Virus record (IMG/VR): IMGVR_UViG_3300010354_000046 | Coordinates: 1 to 64,000 of that record | Length of the DNA: 64,000 nt | Source of the DNA: a virus | Reading direction: 5' to 3' (one strand) | Part shown: one piece after another, positions 54,428-64,000 of the stretch | Numbering within the stretch: position 1 is the first letter of the stretch | How the letters are laid out: every line of letters starts with the position of its first letter | Program-made: the position numbers and the translations under genes | Notes under the pieces: generated by a model | Databases searched by the model: none | Told to the model about the DNA's origin: nothing | Seen by the model: only the letters and a program-made list of their open reading frames with translations

Positions 54428-55516
54428 TTAACTGCTTACTGTTACTTTGTCAACAGACCCGGTAAGATTAGTTCCAGTAACTACATAAGTTTGGTTGCCG
54501 GCAACTGCGGTTCCAGTCCAAGTTATTTGTGTAGTCGAACTTTGGCTGTAACTGCTTGGTATAATATGACTGGAACTATCAACTTGAGCAACAGTAATAA
54601 TCAAATCATTAATTACGTCAACACCACCAAGTAAACTTCCTAGCACTTTAATTTTACTACCTACCGCATAGCCGGTGCCGCCCGATTTTATAGTTACATC
54701 ATAACTGCCATTATTTAAAGTTACCTTATAGCTAGAACCAATACCGTTTGCCAGGGGAGTCGAATAACCGACTCTAAAATATTGATATCCTTCTGTATTA
54801 ACAGTTTTATCCCAAGTACCAGTAAAGTCATCAAAAGTATAAGAATGTAAAAAATCGGCACCTTTGAATGCTTCAAGATTAATAGTGGTTTTCTTTGTTG
54901 CTTCTATCCAAACGCTGCCGGTGAATCCAGTTAGTTTAACACTAAAGCTCATAGTTTCTGTAGGTACTGCTTCATAGAACTTAGCGGGTATAGCACTACT
55001 ATGATATGTTGGGGTTCCTTTCAAATCAATTTCTGCTTGAAAGCTATCGTAGACTTTGTCGTCTCGGAATACAGGCATAGCACTACCAACTAATTCCATA
55101 GTACCTAATGCACCAAAACGACTGTCGCCATATAGTATAACATCTCTTCCATCTTTACTAGCAGTTACACTAAAAGTTAGATACTGGTCGGATAATTCTG
55201 CTAGATCTTCTTGTGGTATAGTTACACTAGCAATTCCTTTGATAGTTGGATGAGGTGTTACAGTATAAGGGCTGTTGGGCAATGCTTGCCCGCTAGCATC
55301 CATGACGTTCATTTCTATACCGGAAATAACTGGGCTAGATAACAACTCTATTCTTTTTTGGTCGGCGTTCTTAATATCAAATTCTATTGTATTGTCGACG
55401 CCATTATAGATTTTAACGATTCTTTGATACACGTTTGTATGCTCCACATTAAATCCAGCCAAATCAATTAATAGGTTAACTCTATTCGGATATAAATAAC
55501 TTGAAATTTTTTGCAT
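54428..55516 (-). CDS. Putative structural protein
   Basis: 362 aa beta-rich, GGTGY motif, TAAATA at 55537. Confidence 0.55.
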   Translation of the reverse strand: MQKISSYLYPNRVNLLIDLAGFNVEHTNVYQRIVKIYNGVDNTIEFDIKNADQKRIELLSSPVISGIEMNVMDASGQALPNSPYTVTPHPTIKGIASVTIPQEDLAELSDQYLTFSVTASKDGRDVILYGDSRFGALGTMELVGSAMPVFRDDKVYDSFQAEIDLKGTPTYHSSAIPAKFYEAVPTETMSFSVKLTGFTGSVWIEATKKTTINLEAFKGADFLHSYTFDDFTGTWDKTVNTEGYQYFRVGYSTPLANGIGSSYKVTLNNGSYDVTIKSGGTGYAVGSKIKVLGSLLGGVDVINDLIITVAQVDSSSHIIPSSYSQSSTTQITWTGTAVAGNQTYVVTGTNLTGSVDKVTVSS

Positions 55517-55541
55517 TTGGATAGACCCTCATTGTATATTT

Positions 55542-55916
55542 ATGGTTAAATTAAGAGATAACATTACACAAAATCTCCCGTTTATTTCAGTACTAAACTA
55601 CGGTGAAAATGAATACGTTGGTATTATAATCAACCAAGATCAATATGTTACCAGTTTTTACGATTTAAACGCAATCAAAACGCCCGAAGAAACTAAAATA
55701 TTTTTAGAAATAGGCGAAACCTGGTGGTGGGAAAGTAACCGACAATTTCCTATTAGTATATTTTGTAGGGACCAGATCCATCCGTTTTCCTATGCTATAA
55801 AAACATTTAATAGCAAAGATGTTAGGGTTATATTAGGACCTGTTGTTAACCTACTTAACCTTAATATAAAACGTGTAAAAAGAAAAAGTGTTCAACTAAT
55901 ACGTAGAACAAGTTAA
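55542..55916 (+). CDS. Hypothetical protein
   Basis: 124 aa, WWWESNR motif. Confidence 0.75.
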   Translation: MVKLRDNITQNLPFISVLNYGENEYVGIIINQDQYVTSFYDLNAIKTPEETKIFLEIGETWWWESNRQFPISIFCRDQIHPFSYAIKTFNSKDVRVILGPVVNLLNLNIKRVKRKSVQLIRRTS

Positions 55917-56491
55917 CTATAACCGTAACTTATCTGTTCGCAAATTAAATTCATTTGCACAATTACAACGTGTGCATAGGCAATGGCATGTGCCTTTTTA
56001 AAATGATATTCACCAGTCTCTGGTTTGGTCCAAACTTCCTTCATGATCGTCGTCCAATCCTGACCAATCAAGTGTCTCTTGGCTGGCCGGATCATAGCGA
56101 GGACCGCAGCTAATTGTTCCACGGAAGTAGGGCAGGTCTTCCTCAGTACCGTCCCATGCCCGTTTAAATGAAATAACAGATTCACGAACTCGTCTTGTAA
56201 AAGTAAATCCCATATCGGCTCCTGGTTCATTAATTCAAGAAGATGTTTTCTATTTTTAATACCTTTATACACACCTACATTTAGAAAATCTAATTTAAAG
56301 TAACCTCTATCTTCTGCTTCTTTATAATCAAGTGTACTTATTCCTGTAAACGGATTGTACGGAATAGAAGTACAATAAATGCCAGTATTGTGCTTTTTAA
56401 AAGTACTATTTTCCTTTATAGAGGCGGCAACATGTTTAAAATGTTTTAATGCTAAATCTCTATCGGCAAAATCTATATCAATATCTGGCAT
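55913..56491 (-). CDS. Miniature DNA polymerase III alpha (DnaE)-like catalytic domain
   Basis: PDIDIDF, H.TG, FKLDFL, LAMIRP, FKKAHAIAY. Confidence 0.85.
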   Translation of the reverse strand: MPDIDIDFADRDLALKHFKHVAASIKENSTFKKHNTGIYCTSIPYNPFTGISTLDYKEAEDRGYFKLDFLNVGVYKGIKNRKHLLELMNQEPIWDLLLQDEFVNLLFHLNGHGTVLRKTCPTSVEQLAAVLAMIRPAKRHLIGQDWTTIMKEVWTKPETGEYHFKKAHAIAYAHVVIVQMNLICEQISYGYS

Positions 56492-56666
56492 CTTTAGTTT
56501 CTATTCGTTTCCATTGTAACGGCCCTGGGGTTGTATGTGGAGTATACACTTCGCCAGTCTCTTTGTCAAGAAGCACCCATTTTTCTGGACATTTTGTTTT
56601 TATTGTCAAGACTACCGGTTCGGAAAGCTCAGGTACCTCGGCGCCGTCTTTTAACTTTCTAAACAT
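56478..56666 (-). CDS. Small hypothetical protein
   Basis: 62 aa. Confidence 0.65.
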   Translation of the reverse strand: MFRKLKDGAEVPELSEPVVLTIKTKCPEKWVLLDKETGEVYTPHTTPGPLQWKRIETKDARY

Positions 56667-56667
56667 A

Positions 56668-56871
56668 TTAATGCTTTATTTCGGATTCAAAAAGCATTAA
56701 CGGCAAATTTTCTTGTAGCATATTTGCATAATTATCTGCTTCTTCAATTGTTTCGAATCCTGTAAATTTTACATAAACAGAATTATCTTCTTCACTAACA
56801 AGAATTTCTAAACCTAACTGTAAAGCATCTAAATTAGGAGTAACGTGTATTGATTTTTCATCTGGTGTCAT
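56668..56871 (-). CDS. Small acidic hypothetical protein
   Basis: 67 aa. Confidence 0.65.
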   Translation of the reverse strand: MTPDEKSIHVTPNLDALQLGLEILVSEEDNSVYVKFTGFETIEEADNYANMLQENLPLMLFESEIKH

Positions 56872-57563
56872 ATTTTTGATTCCTTAACAACTTGCTTTAC
56901 TAGTTCAACATCTGCGGGCAGTTTTTTAAATTTACTAGTCCAGAAAGGAACATCTATAATATTACTTATTGCCGCAAGCTGTTCATCGCTGAGTTTCTGT
57001 AGTAAATCTCTACCACTTTTACTATTAAGTACGATCCATGGACTTATCTTTCCGTCCTTTATGTCGTATACTGCTCTGCTCAAGCTAACGTATAAGAAAT
57101 AATGATTCCATTGTGCATTATTGGCTTCAGCCCATGTTAACATGTGACTTATACTTCTCTGCAATGCAGTCTCAACATTTTCTGTCTTGATTAAATCTAA
57201 AGCATATTTTTCGTATAGTTCTTCTCTGCACCAATGGTCAAGTTTAACTCCGCTTGATACTACATAGTCAATAAATTTGTCTGGGTATAACGGATTTACA
57301 TTGCTAACAAAACTTCCAAATTTTACAAATGCGTTATAATACGGACTTTTACAAAATTCTTCGTAGCTTTTGTTTTCAGTTTTATTTTTGTTTACTAATT
57401 TAAAAAATCGATTAAAAGCATCGTAACCCACTACGACATGTTTTTCTGTTTTGGCTAATGCACGTCGTTTCTGTTCGCATACATGCACAAATAAAGTTTT
57501 TTCTTTACTAAATTTGGTGCCACAATATTCACACGAAAAAGGTTGTTCTGCTAGTGCCATCAT
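56868..57563 (-). CDS. Protein with N-terminal C2H2/C2HC zinc finger
   Basis: FSCEYCGTKF....L..H.C. Confidence 0.7.
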   Translation of the reverse strand: MMALAEQPFSCEYCGTKFSKEKTLFVHVCEQKRRALAKTEKHVVVGYDAFNRFFKLVNKNKTENKSYEEFCKSPYYNAFVKFGSFVSNVNPLYPDKFIDYVVSSGVKLDHWCREELYEKYALDLIKTENVETALQRSISHMLTWAEANNAQWNHYFLYVSLSRAVYDIKDGKISPWIVLNSKSGRDLLQKLSDEQLAAISNIIDVPFWTSKFKKLPADVELVKQVVKESKI

Positions 57564-58066
57564 TTAAGTTTCTTAGCCAGTGTTGCTTCATCTAACCCGT
57601 ATCTTCGACCTAATTCTTTTAATTCTTTATCTGTTATGAGTTCGGACAGCACTTCGATATCTTGCATCTTTCTGTTGGGATAAATTTCTGCTAAAAATTT
57701 TATTTTTTTATTTAGACTATTTTCCTTAGGTTTGAAACCAATCCATTCATGCAAGAATTGTTCTTTTTTATTGTAACTACAAGAACACAACAACATCCAT
57801 AATAGTTTAGGATGATCTTTTTGCAAAGTATTCCAGTGTTTGTTAAAACGTTCGTTGACAAACACAACAAAATGTTGTTGTTGTTCGGTAGTTGGCATAG
57901 GTTTGTTTTTTGGGCGGCCAACTACGCTAATGTATCTGTTCATTAAAAAGAGTTTACTTTTTAATTCTTTTCTCTGAGAGTCATCTAATGCATCCCATAG
58001 TTCGCTGACTCCGAGGTCAACCATGCTTATAACTTCTTTGGTAGATAGTTCAGGTGTTTTGCTCAT
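57560..58066 (-). CDS. Possible clamp-loader small subunit (T4 gp62-like)
   Basis: NRYIS...VNE.FN...HPKLLW pattern; replication context. Confidence 0.45.
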   Translation of the reverse strand: MSKTPELSTKEVISMVDLGVSELWDALDDSQRKELKSKLFLMNRYISVVGRPKNKPMPTTEQQQHFVVFVNERFNKHWNTLQKDHPKLLWMLLCSCSYNKKEQFLHEWIGFKPKENSLNKKIKFLAEIYPNRKMQDIEVLSELITDKELKELGRRYGLDEATLAKKLK

Positions 58067-58685
58067 CTTTTGGAACCAATTTGCAATCAAATGCCATAAC
58101 TGTCCTGTGACCTTCGCCCTTCCATGGATAAACAACATGGGGTAAGTAACTAGGAAATACAATAACTTTTCCGGCGGCTGGAGTAAATTTCCAGGTATCA
58201 TTCATAATAAACTTTCCAACATCTTTAACATGGGGGAGTCTAAAATTAATTTGACAGTCGCTTGGTCTGCCTGTGTTATCGAGTTCGGGCACACTTATGT
58301 AAATATTACCACTGATATTTCCCAACGGGTGGGTGTGCATTTCTTGGTAATCACCGGCGAACTGTCTAATAGTCCAGATGCTTATAATTTTAGGTTTTAC
58401 AAATTGTAATTCTTGTGCGGCACTCTGGGCAGAAACAAGATCCATGTAACCCTGGCATATTGATTCTAAGTATCTCACAAGCCAACTTGCATCGTAGTTA
58501 ATTTCATTAGGATACACTTGTATCTGTTGCCCTCCACGAATACTAATATTAGGATCACCGGAATCATTTAACTCTGGGTGCCCATGCAATTGTTCTGCCA
58601 AATTAAAAATTTTACTAAATTCTGGTGGAGCAACATCGTCCATGGCCATTATAACTGGCTGAAAATACGCAACTGCTAGTGTCAT
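58050..58685 (-). CDS. Putative 2OG-Fe(II) oxygenase
   Basis: DYQEMHTH, FPSYLPHVVYPW..EGHRT. Confidence 0.8.
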   Translation of the reverse strand: MTLAVAYFQPVIMAMDDVAPPEFSKIFNLAEQLHGHPELNDSGDPNISIRGGQQIQVYPNEINYDASWLVRYLESICQGYMDLVSAQSAAQELQFVKPKIISIWTIRQFAGDYQEMHTHPLGNISGNIYISVPELDNTGRPSDCQINFRLPHVKDVGKFIMNDTWKFTPAAGKVIVFPSYLPHVVYPWKGEGHRTVMAFDCKLVPKDEQNT

Positions 58686-58921
58686 TTTACTTTATCCTTA
58701 CTTAATTTGTATATCATTATAGCACGATCAAGTGCTTTTTGTAAAGAGGGATTGGAATGTGCTTGGAACCGAATATCCTTCCACATTTCATCCATGGCTG
58801 CTTCACCTACGCTGTAATCCCATCCAATGGCTTTGCGTTCCTTTGAACCAAATTCACGAGCGTATGTTATCCCGCCCGCTCGTTCGTAGATATAAGTAGC
58901 ACCGGGTTTGAGAGTTCCCAT
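58682..58921 (-). CDS. Hypothetical protein
   Basis: IYER..G.TYARE, NPSLQKALD motif. Confidence 0.7.
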   Translation of the reverse strand: MGTLKPGATYIYERAGGITYAREFGSKERKAIGWDYSVGEAAMDEMWKDIRFQAHSNPSLQKALDRAIMIYKLSKDKVK

Positions 58922-59427
58922 TACAGTATTTTATCTAATTGAATAATTTCGCTTTGTCTTGAAATCTCTTTGACAAAATATACACAATCCGGTTTCTCTC
59001 CAAATCTAGTAGGAGTAGCAAGAAGTTGTCCGTTTTTCATCTTAGGAAAGTACCACTTGACATCATTATAAAAATTTACAATTTCAATCTTTTTAAATTC
59101 AACTCTAAAACTACTTAACGGATTGAATACTAATGCTTCAAAACCCCGATCATTTAAACTAGTTAACGGAAGTATTTCAATATCATTGGCACTACTGCTA
59201 TCTCCGACTGCAATACACCAGTCAATAGGCATAGTAACTTCGTCTTCACCTATTCGTAAAACCATTGCAGGTGCATTAAAACTTTCTAAGAATATTAATG
59301 GCATGAAAAAGAAATCAGGTTCTTTAGGATCTGAGTTGTCTAATACTGCAAATCTTGTATTTTCATCTACTTCGTCTGGAAGATTATTTAATGAAAAAGT
59401 TTCGTTGTTTAATGTTAGTATCTGCAT
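58921..59427 (-). CDS. Hypothetical protein
   Basis: 168 aa. Confidence 0.75.
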   Translation of the reverse strand: MQILTLNNETFSLNNLPDEVDENTRFAVLDNSDPKEPDFFFMPLIFLESFNAPAMVLRIGEDEVTMPIDWCIAVGDSSSANDIEILPLTSLNDRGFEALVFNPLSSFRVEFKKIEIVNFYNDVKWYFPKMKNGQLLATPTRFGEKPDCVYFVKEISRQSEIIQLDKIL

Positions 59428-59430
59428 ACT

Positions 59431-60129
59431 TTATGTCTTCCTATTAATTATGTTTCTTATTTTTGGATAACGCAGCTTTGGATTTAAAGAAAATTCCCAG
59501 TGAGCAAATTTTTTATCAAAAATTTCTTTGGTCATAACCATAGTTTTTAATTCCCAGGGTTCTTCTGTCAATGGTATAAGCTGGGCCATTGGCAAACCGG
59601 CCTTTACCCTTAATACTTGTTTTTGTTGCGGCATCTTTACAATGGTAGCTACATTCGAATCGTGTTGTCCTCTGAACTCGGCAACACCAGTTACCAGTGT
59701 TAATTGTTGTGGATCTTCTTGCCACCACACAGGTTGTGTCCATACCCATGGTATAGGCTCGTTACACCAGAATAACCACGGGCTATTAAATTTAATATTA
59801 ATGTAACCTGGCCATGCCCCACTAGCTTGTTCTGCCAAATCATGAGATACTACTGGTTGCATAGTGGACTGCATTCCGGTAAGAACGTCAATACCTTTCA
59901 CAGGATCAATTGTAATCTCGTGATCTGCCCATAGCGGAATAATAACGCCTTTATTATACAGATCTTTTAATCCAAAGCAATTCCTAACATTAACAACATT
60001 ATTTCCTGAAGGTAAATTATGATACCATTTAGGAATACATTTTCGTGATTCGACAACTGGAAATAAATCTATTAAATCGCCTACTGGGGCGTATGCTTCT
60101 AAGATTATTTTTTTCTTTTTAAAAAACAT
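59431..60129 (-). CDS. Hypothetical protein
   Basis: 232 aa, PKWY...VRNC.G, KFNSPW. Confidence 0.7.
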   Translation of the reverse strand: MFFKKKKIILEAYAPVGDLIDLFPVVESRKCIPKWYHNLPSGNNVVNVRNCFGLKDLYNKGVIIPLWADHEITIDPVKGIDVLTGMQSTMQPVVSHDLAEQASGAWPGYINIKFNSPWLFWCNEPIPWVWTQPVWWQEDPQQLTLVTGVAEFRGQHDSNVATIVKMPQQKQVLRVKAGLPMAQLIPLTEEPWELKTMVMTKEIFDKKFAHWEFSLNPKLRYPKIRNIINRKT

Positions 60130-60135
60130 GTTTAG

Positions 60136-61602
60136 TTATTGCCAATCTGTCTTTTCAAGCGAGAACGGATATTTCGCATCCTTATAAAATTTCTTCCTCT
60201 GAGTAAGATGCCTCTTGGCATACTTACAGGTCGAAGTGATGTCCCATATCTGGACGAAGTCCTTGTCCTCTGCTTTTCTAATGCCTCGCCCAATTGATTG
60301 TATAACGCGGACAAAGCTCTTTCCGGGTTCCAAAAGGACCAGATTAAAAATCCGAGGAATGTTAATACCAACAGCGGCCACACCATAAGTCGCCACAGTA
60401 ATCTTTTCATTGCTAGTTGCATGTTCTTTATATTCTTCTTTACGTTTTGATCCTTTTACTTCGCCCGAAATAAAAGTTGTATCTTCTAACATTTCTGTTA
60501 GCATATTGCCTGTGTCAATCCTATTAACTAGAACTAACGTATTACCCGACTCTGCTACACCTTTAATTAATTTGCCTATATATTGCATTCGATCTTTATT
60601 AGTTACCAAATACTTTAACTCTTCTGCATAAGATTTAAATTCTGGTAGATCTACTAATTGTACTACATTTACGTGTAAATTGCTAAGAATTCCGAGCTCT
60701 TGTAACTCGTGTGCTTTGATGCCGCCTACCACTGGTCCAATACTGGCAAAGATTGGTTCTGCTTCAAATGCATCCTTAGGAACAGTACCAGTCAATCCCC
60801 AGCGAATAGGACTGTTAGCTAGGTTGTGTGTTAGCAAGTTTTTCAATACATCTGCTTTGGCCATATGTACTTCGTCAACAATAACTGTTTCTACCCCGTA
60901 CAAAAACTCTGCCAAACTCAATGCCTCTTCTAAGTCCCAATTTTTAGATTTTTTGTCTAGTACATTAAGACTTTGCCAAGTGCAAATAGTGTGTGTATGA
61001 CCGATCATTTTACGATCTCCAAAATACACACCAACATCTAAACCAACATTAAGGAAATCTTCTTCGGTTTGTGTAACAAGATCCTTGTTAGGAACAATGG
61101 TTACTGTACGACCATATTTTTCAGCGCAATGGGCTAGTGTTGCAGTCATGATAGTCTTACCGGCACCTGTAGCTACTTCTTGTAATGCCTGCGTATGCTC
61201 AAAGAATCTGTTAACAATCTCTACTTGGTCGTCTCTTAGTACGATAGGTTGACCTTCGAATCTATGACCTTTAGGCCAAACTTTGCCTTGGTCGGCCCAG
61301 TATGTGGTTGTAACTTTTTCAAATGAAATTTTTGAAGATTTTCGCAAATCTTCAATTTCATCAATTTCTACATTACAAGCATCTAGTATGCCTAATACTT
61401 TTTCTAGTTGATTCAAATAGCCAACACCGCCTAAACCAAACAGGCTGACCGTGCCATCCCAGCGTCCTAATTTATACGCAGGTCTGTATCTTGCAGTCGG
61501 GTCCTCGTACTTAAAATTTGCCACAAGTTTCTTACGGACATCAAGAGAAAGTCCTTCTAGTTTAATGTTAACTTCGTCTTTTATGATTAATTTTACTGTC
61601 AT
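60136..61602 (-). CDS. uvsW: UvsW-like SF2 DNA helicase
   Basis: ATGAGKT, DEVH, GLTGT, GINIPRI, QSIGRGIR. Confidence 0.9.
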   Translation of the reverse strand: MTVKLIIKDEVNIKLEGLSLDVRKKLVANFKYEDPTARYRPAYKLGRWDGTVSLFGLGGVGYLNQLEKVLGILDACNVEIDEIEDLRKSSKISFEKVTTTYWADQGKVWPKGHRFEGQPIVLRDDQVEIVNRFFEHTQALQEVATGAGKTIMTATLAHCAEKYGRTVTIVPNKDLVTQTEEDFLNVGLDVGVYFGDRKMIGHTHTICTWQSLNVLDKKSKNWDLEEALSLAEFLYGVETVIVDEVHMAKADVLKNLLTHNLANSPIRWGLTGTVPKDAFEAEPIFASIGPVVGGIKAHELQELGILSNLHVNVVQLVDLPEFKSYAEELKYLVTNKDRMQYIGKLIKGVAESGNTLVLVNRIDTGNMLTEMLEDTTFISGEVKGSKRKEEYKEHATSNEKITVATYGVAAVGINIPRIFNLVLLEPGKSFVRVIQSIGRGIRKAEDKDFVQIWDITSTCKYAKRHLTQRKKFYKDAKYPFSLEKTDWQ

Positions 61603-62768
61603 ACTAGGATTGGTTCTTTTTCTGAATAATAAATTATTAGGTCGCAAGATAAAGCATACGAACTAGTTTTGTTATTTCTTAAATTGTGGTTCAATGCAAT
61701 TATACTCATTGGTTTCCAATCAGTTTTTAGCAAAAATTTAGGAATTTTTCCATTTTGTACACCGACTATTTTTGTTTCTTTATCAACAGGGCAGTTAAAT
61801 TTCTTTTCAGAAATATGTTGATTAAATTTTCTTCCGTCTTCATTATTATCAAGTCTAAAGTATATTCCTACACCTTCAAAAATTCCGTTTTTTTCCAAAT
61901 TTTCGGTCAAATTTTGAAGGTCTTCAAAGCATTGATTTTCATTATTTCCTTCAAAAACAACTAGGCAAGGAAACCTTTTTAGCTCTACTAACGACTTGAA
62001 TATTTCTTCCAACGAATGATTATTTTTTCCTATCCAGAAAACAGATTTTTCACGCATTGCGATTTCTTCGGTTAAATTTTTAGGTGTTTCAATAGGGTCA
62101 CAAAAATATTGATAACGTATTCGCCTATCATTAATGATTGCCTGTGTTAATGGAGTTTCTAAACCTAAATCTTCTGTAATAGCATTTTGAAAATTTTTGT
62201 TGTCAATTGAGCTAATATTGTACTGACTAAAAATTTCCTCTTTTTTCCAAGATTTTATGGTATTGTAATATTCTATTAATTTTTCGTCAACTGAAAATTT
62301 ATAAGGTTTAAGAGATTCTACTAACAATACAATATTTTTTTCATCTAGGTCGGCAATGTATAATTTTCCATTAGTAACCGGTTCTAGCCCTGTAATTTTT
62401 TTCGTAATTTCTTGCATGATCTTTCGTATGCTACTGGAAAACGTAAATTCTACAATGATCTTTGCATCTTTTTCAGCATTACTAGACAAGTAAATTTTCC
62501 TGACAACTTCGATAATTCTAAAAGGCTTTGACCACAGGCCTAACTCTAAAACTTCTTCTAAATTTTTATAGTGCGTTAGAATTTTTTCCTTATTTTCTGT
62601 TAAAATTCTAACCAACAGATCTCCTTGATTAGCTGTAAGAAAATTTCCCTGCTTTAAAGAAGAATGTAGACTTGTTAAAACCTTGAAGTCGCGTGTTGTA
62701 ACTAAACTTTCCGGTGACGGCTCGCCAGAAGCTATAAAATTTGTAAAAAAATGATCGATAGTTAACAT
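61599..62768 (-). CDS. Hypothetical protein
   Basis: 389 aa ORF behind a TTGACA...TATAAT promoter (about 62775-62802). Confidence 0.75.
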   Translation of the reverse strand: MLTIDHFFTNFIASGEPSPESLVTTRDFKVLTSLHSSLKQGNFLTANQGDLLVRILTENKEKILTHYKNLEEVLELGLWSKPFRIIEVVRKIYLSSNAEKDAKIIVEFTFSSSIRKIMQEITKKITGLEPVTNGKLYIADLDEKNIVLLVESLKPYKFSVDEKLIEYYNTIKSWKKEEIFSQYNISSIDNKNFQNAITEDLGLETPLTQAIINDRRIRYQYFCDPIETPKNLTEEIAMREKSVFWIGKNNHSLEEIFKSLVELKRFPCLVVFEGNNENQCFEDLQNLTENLEKNGIFEGVGIYFRLDNNEDGRKFNQHISEKKFNCPVDKETKIVGVQNGKIPKFLLKTDWKPMSIIALNHNLRNNKTSSYALSCDLIIYYSEKEPILV

Positions 62769-62808
62769 AGCTTTATTATAAATGATTTTTTATAATTGTC
62801 AACCGGTA

Positions 62809-63762
62809 TTACTCAAGACGGTATCCGAGATCAAAATGATCAAATAAGGTACTGCCTCTTTCGTGCCGTGTATGGTGTGTCCAAAAAACAGGGTTAAAAG
62901 CAGTTTTTACTAATTCTGGATTCAAACAGATATGGTCTACTAATACCTGTTCAATTTTTTCAATTCTTTTTGCATTGTTAGCAATGTACCATCGATGAAA
63001 GGATACACTTTTATAAAAATCACTTTTAATGATTGAACAATCGATATCAATATCAGCATTGGGCCACATAAATTTAGTGTTATTGCCATTGCTCCAACAA
63101 TTTTCATTAATATTTGATAAATCTTCGGCAAAATCACTAAAGTATCGATATAAGATAAATTCGCTTACTTCTTTTATGTTTGTCACATAAGGATCAAATA
63201 CACGATTAATGTCTAATGATTGTAAAAGTTTTTTGACGTTTGAAGTTTTACAGCGAAATGGAGTTGCCGGAGCCCAAAACCAGCTAGGAGTAGTGGAACC
63301 GGTAACTTTTTGACATAAATTTGCAAAATTAAAATAAATTTGCAACTCTGGAGCCATTACGTCTTGTAATTTTACAGAGCCTTGTAACGGCTTGTAAATT
63401 AAATTATTTCCTTCAGGCGATCCCCATTCGTTAAGATTGACATTTCGTAATAGAATGTCTTTGCTGTCGAGTAAAAGGTAAGATTCTTCCGAAATTTTCT
63501 CAGAGATTACAAACTTTAATACCTGTTGCCTGATATACCCTGGAAGATGGTTAATTAAAATTAAATTTTTTGCTTCTAATAATTCTAAAGTGTGATTAGT
63601 GTATAATGGTCGGAATAGGTCCTCCCATTCTTTTATTGATTTTTTAGAATTTTCGACAATAACGTAGTGTGTGTGACGACCTTGAAGGAATTTGTTGATA
63701 CTATAGGACTGTAGTCTAGCAATTTCGATATCTCGGTCGCACGTTACTGTTACAAGAGCCAT
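62809..63762 (-). CDS. DUF6492-like / glycosyltransferase-like protein
   Basis: LVTVT..RD, GY.RQQ.LK, YLLLDSKD. Confidence 0.6.
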   Translation of the reverse strand: MALVTVTCDRDIEIARLQSYSINKFLQGRHTHYVIVENSKKSIKEWEDLFRPLYTNHTLELLEAKNLILINHLPGYIRQQVLKFVISEKISEESYLLLDSKDILLRNVNLNEWGSPEGNNLIYKPLQGSVKLQDVMAPELQIYFNFANLCQKVTGSTTPSWFWAPATPFRCKTSNVKKLLQSLDINRVFDPYVTNIKEVSEFILYRYFSDFAEDLSNINENCWSNGNNTKFMWPNADIDIDCSIIKSDFYKSVSFHRWYIANNAKRIEKIEQVLVDHICLNPELVKTAFNPVFWTHHTRHERGSTLFDHFDLGYRLE

Positions 63763-64000
63763 TATAAAGAAGCATCTTCCATTCCTGCAACACGCAACTT
63801 AACAATATTAGTAATCTGCCACTGTTTCTGGTCTAAGGCTTTAGTAATACCCAACCATTTGTTGCGTAACAGAGCAAATTCGTTAATAATCTTCTCAAAA
63901 TCTACAACGTCGGCTTCGCCCTCCACAAACTTTTCACAGTCTCTGGAGGACAAAGCTCGTTGATAGTTTTCTAAGTATTTTCTAAAGTGTTGACTCTTAA
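63762..64000 (-). CDS. uvsY: UvsY recombination mediator, C-terminal part
   Basis: ENYQRALSSRDCEKFVEGE...KQWQITNIVKLRVAGMED. Confidence 0.8.
   Translation of the reverse strand, partial: KSQHFRKYLENYQRALSSRDCEKFVEGEADVVDFEKIINEFALLRNKWLGITKALDQKQWQITNIVKLRVAGMEDASL

Noticed and set aside
1-64000. Stop-codon reassignment, diversity-generating retroelement or retron
   Set aside because: Genes translate full length in the standard code; no reverse transcriptase or TR/VR pair was recognised.

Overview
This is a 64 kb segment of a large T4-like (myovirus-type) bacteriophage genome, probably infecting a proteobacterium. The host call is inference from phasin/DUF3563-like, YqgE and YbaN genes. Layout from left to right: (1) 1-23.6 kb, mostly minus strand: nrdA start, a tail-fibre-like protein, an exonuclease, late/virion genes behind TAAATA late-promoter cores, 5-aminolevulinate synthase, lytic enzymes and an ADP-heptose cluster. 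(2) 23.7-37.2 kb, plus strand: small accessory genes including paralogous families, 2OG-Fe(II) oxygenases and a parvulin. (3) About 37.4-48.1 kb: a GC-richer island of about 17 near-consensus sigma70 promoter/RBS/ORF cassettes with two tRNAs. (4) 48.8-64 kb, minus strand: replication genes (helicase, primase, mini-DnaE, clamp-loader-like, UvsW, UvsY). The most notable signal is in the island. Its genes use an atypical extended RBS, GGAGCG(AA), in 14 copies. The island ends in a small structured RNA (47966-48101) whose two hairpin loops both display the exact complement, AUUCGCUCC. This suggests an sRNA that shuts off a whole early regulon through a private RBS barcode. Other notable items are a textbook -1 frameshift site (A AAA AAG plus stem-loop) at about 4050, promoter hairpins with covarying arms, a TGTTG-N8-CAACA operator, further candidate ncRNAs, a capsid-targeting-like N-terminal motif on about 11 late proteins, and a PhaR-box-like/phasin module. 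All family calls come from motif recognition by eye; no searches were run.
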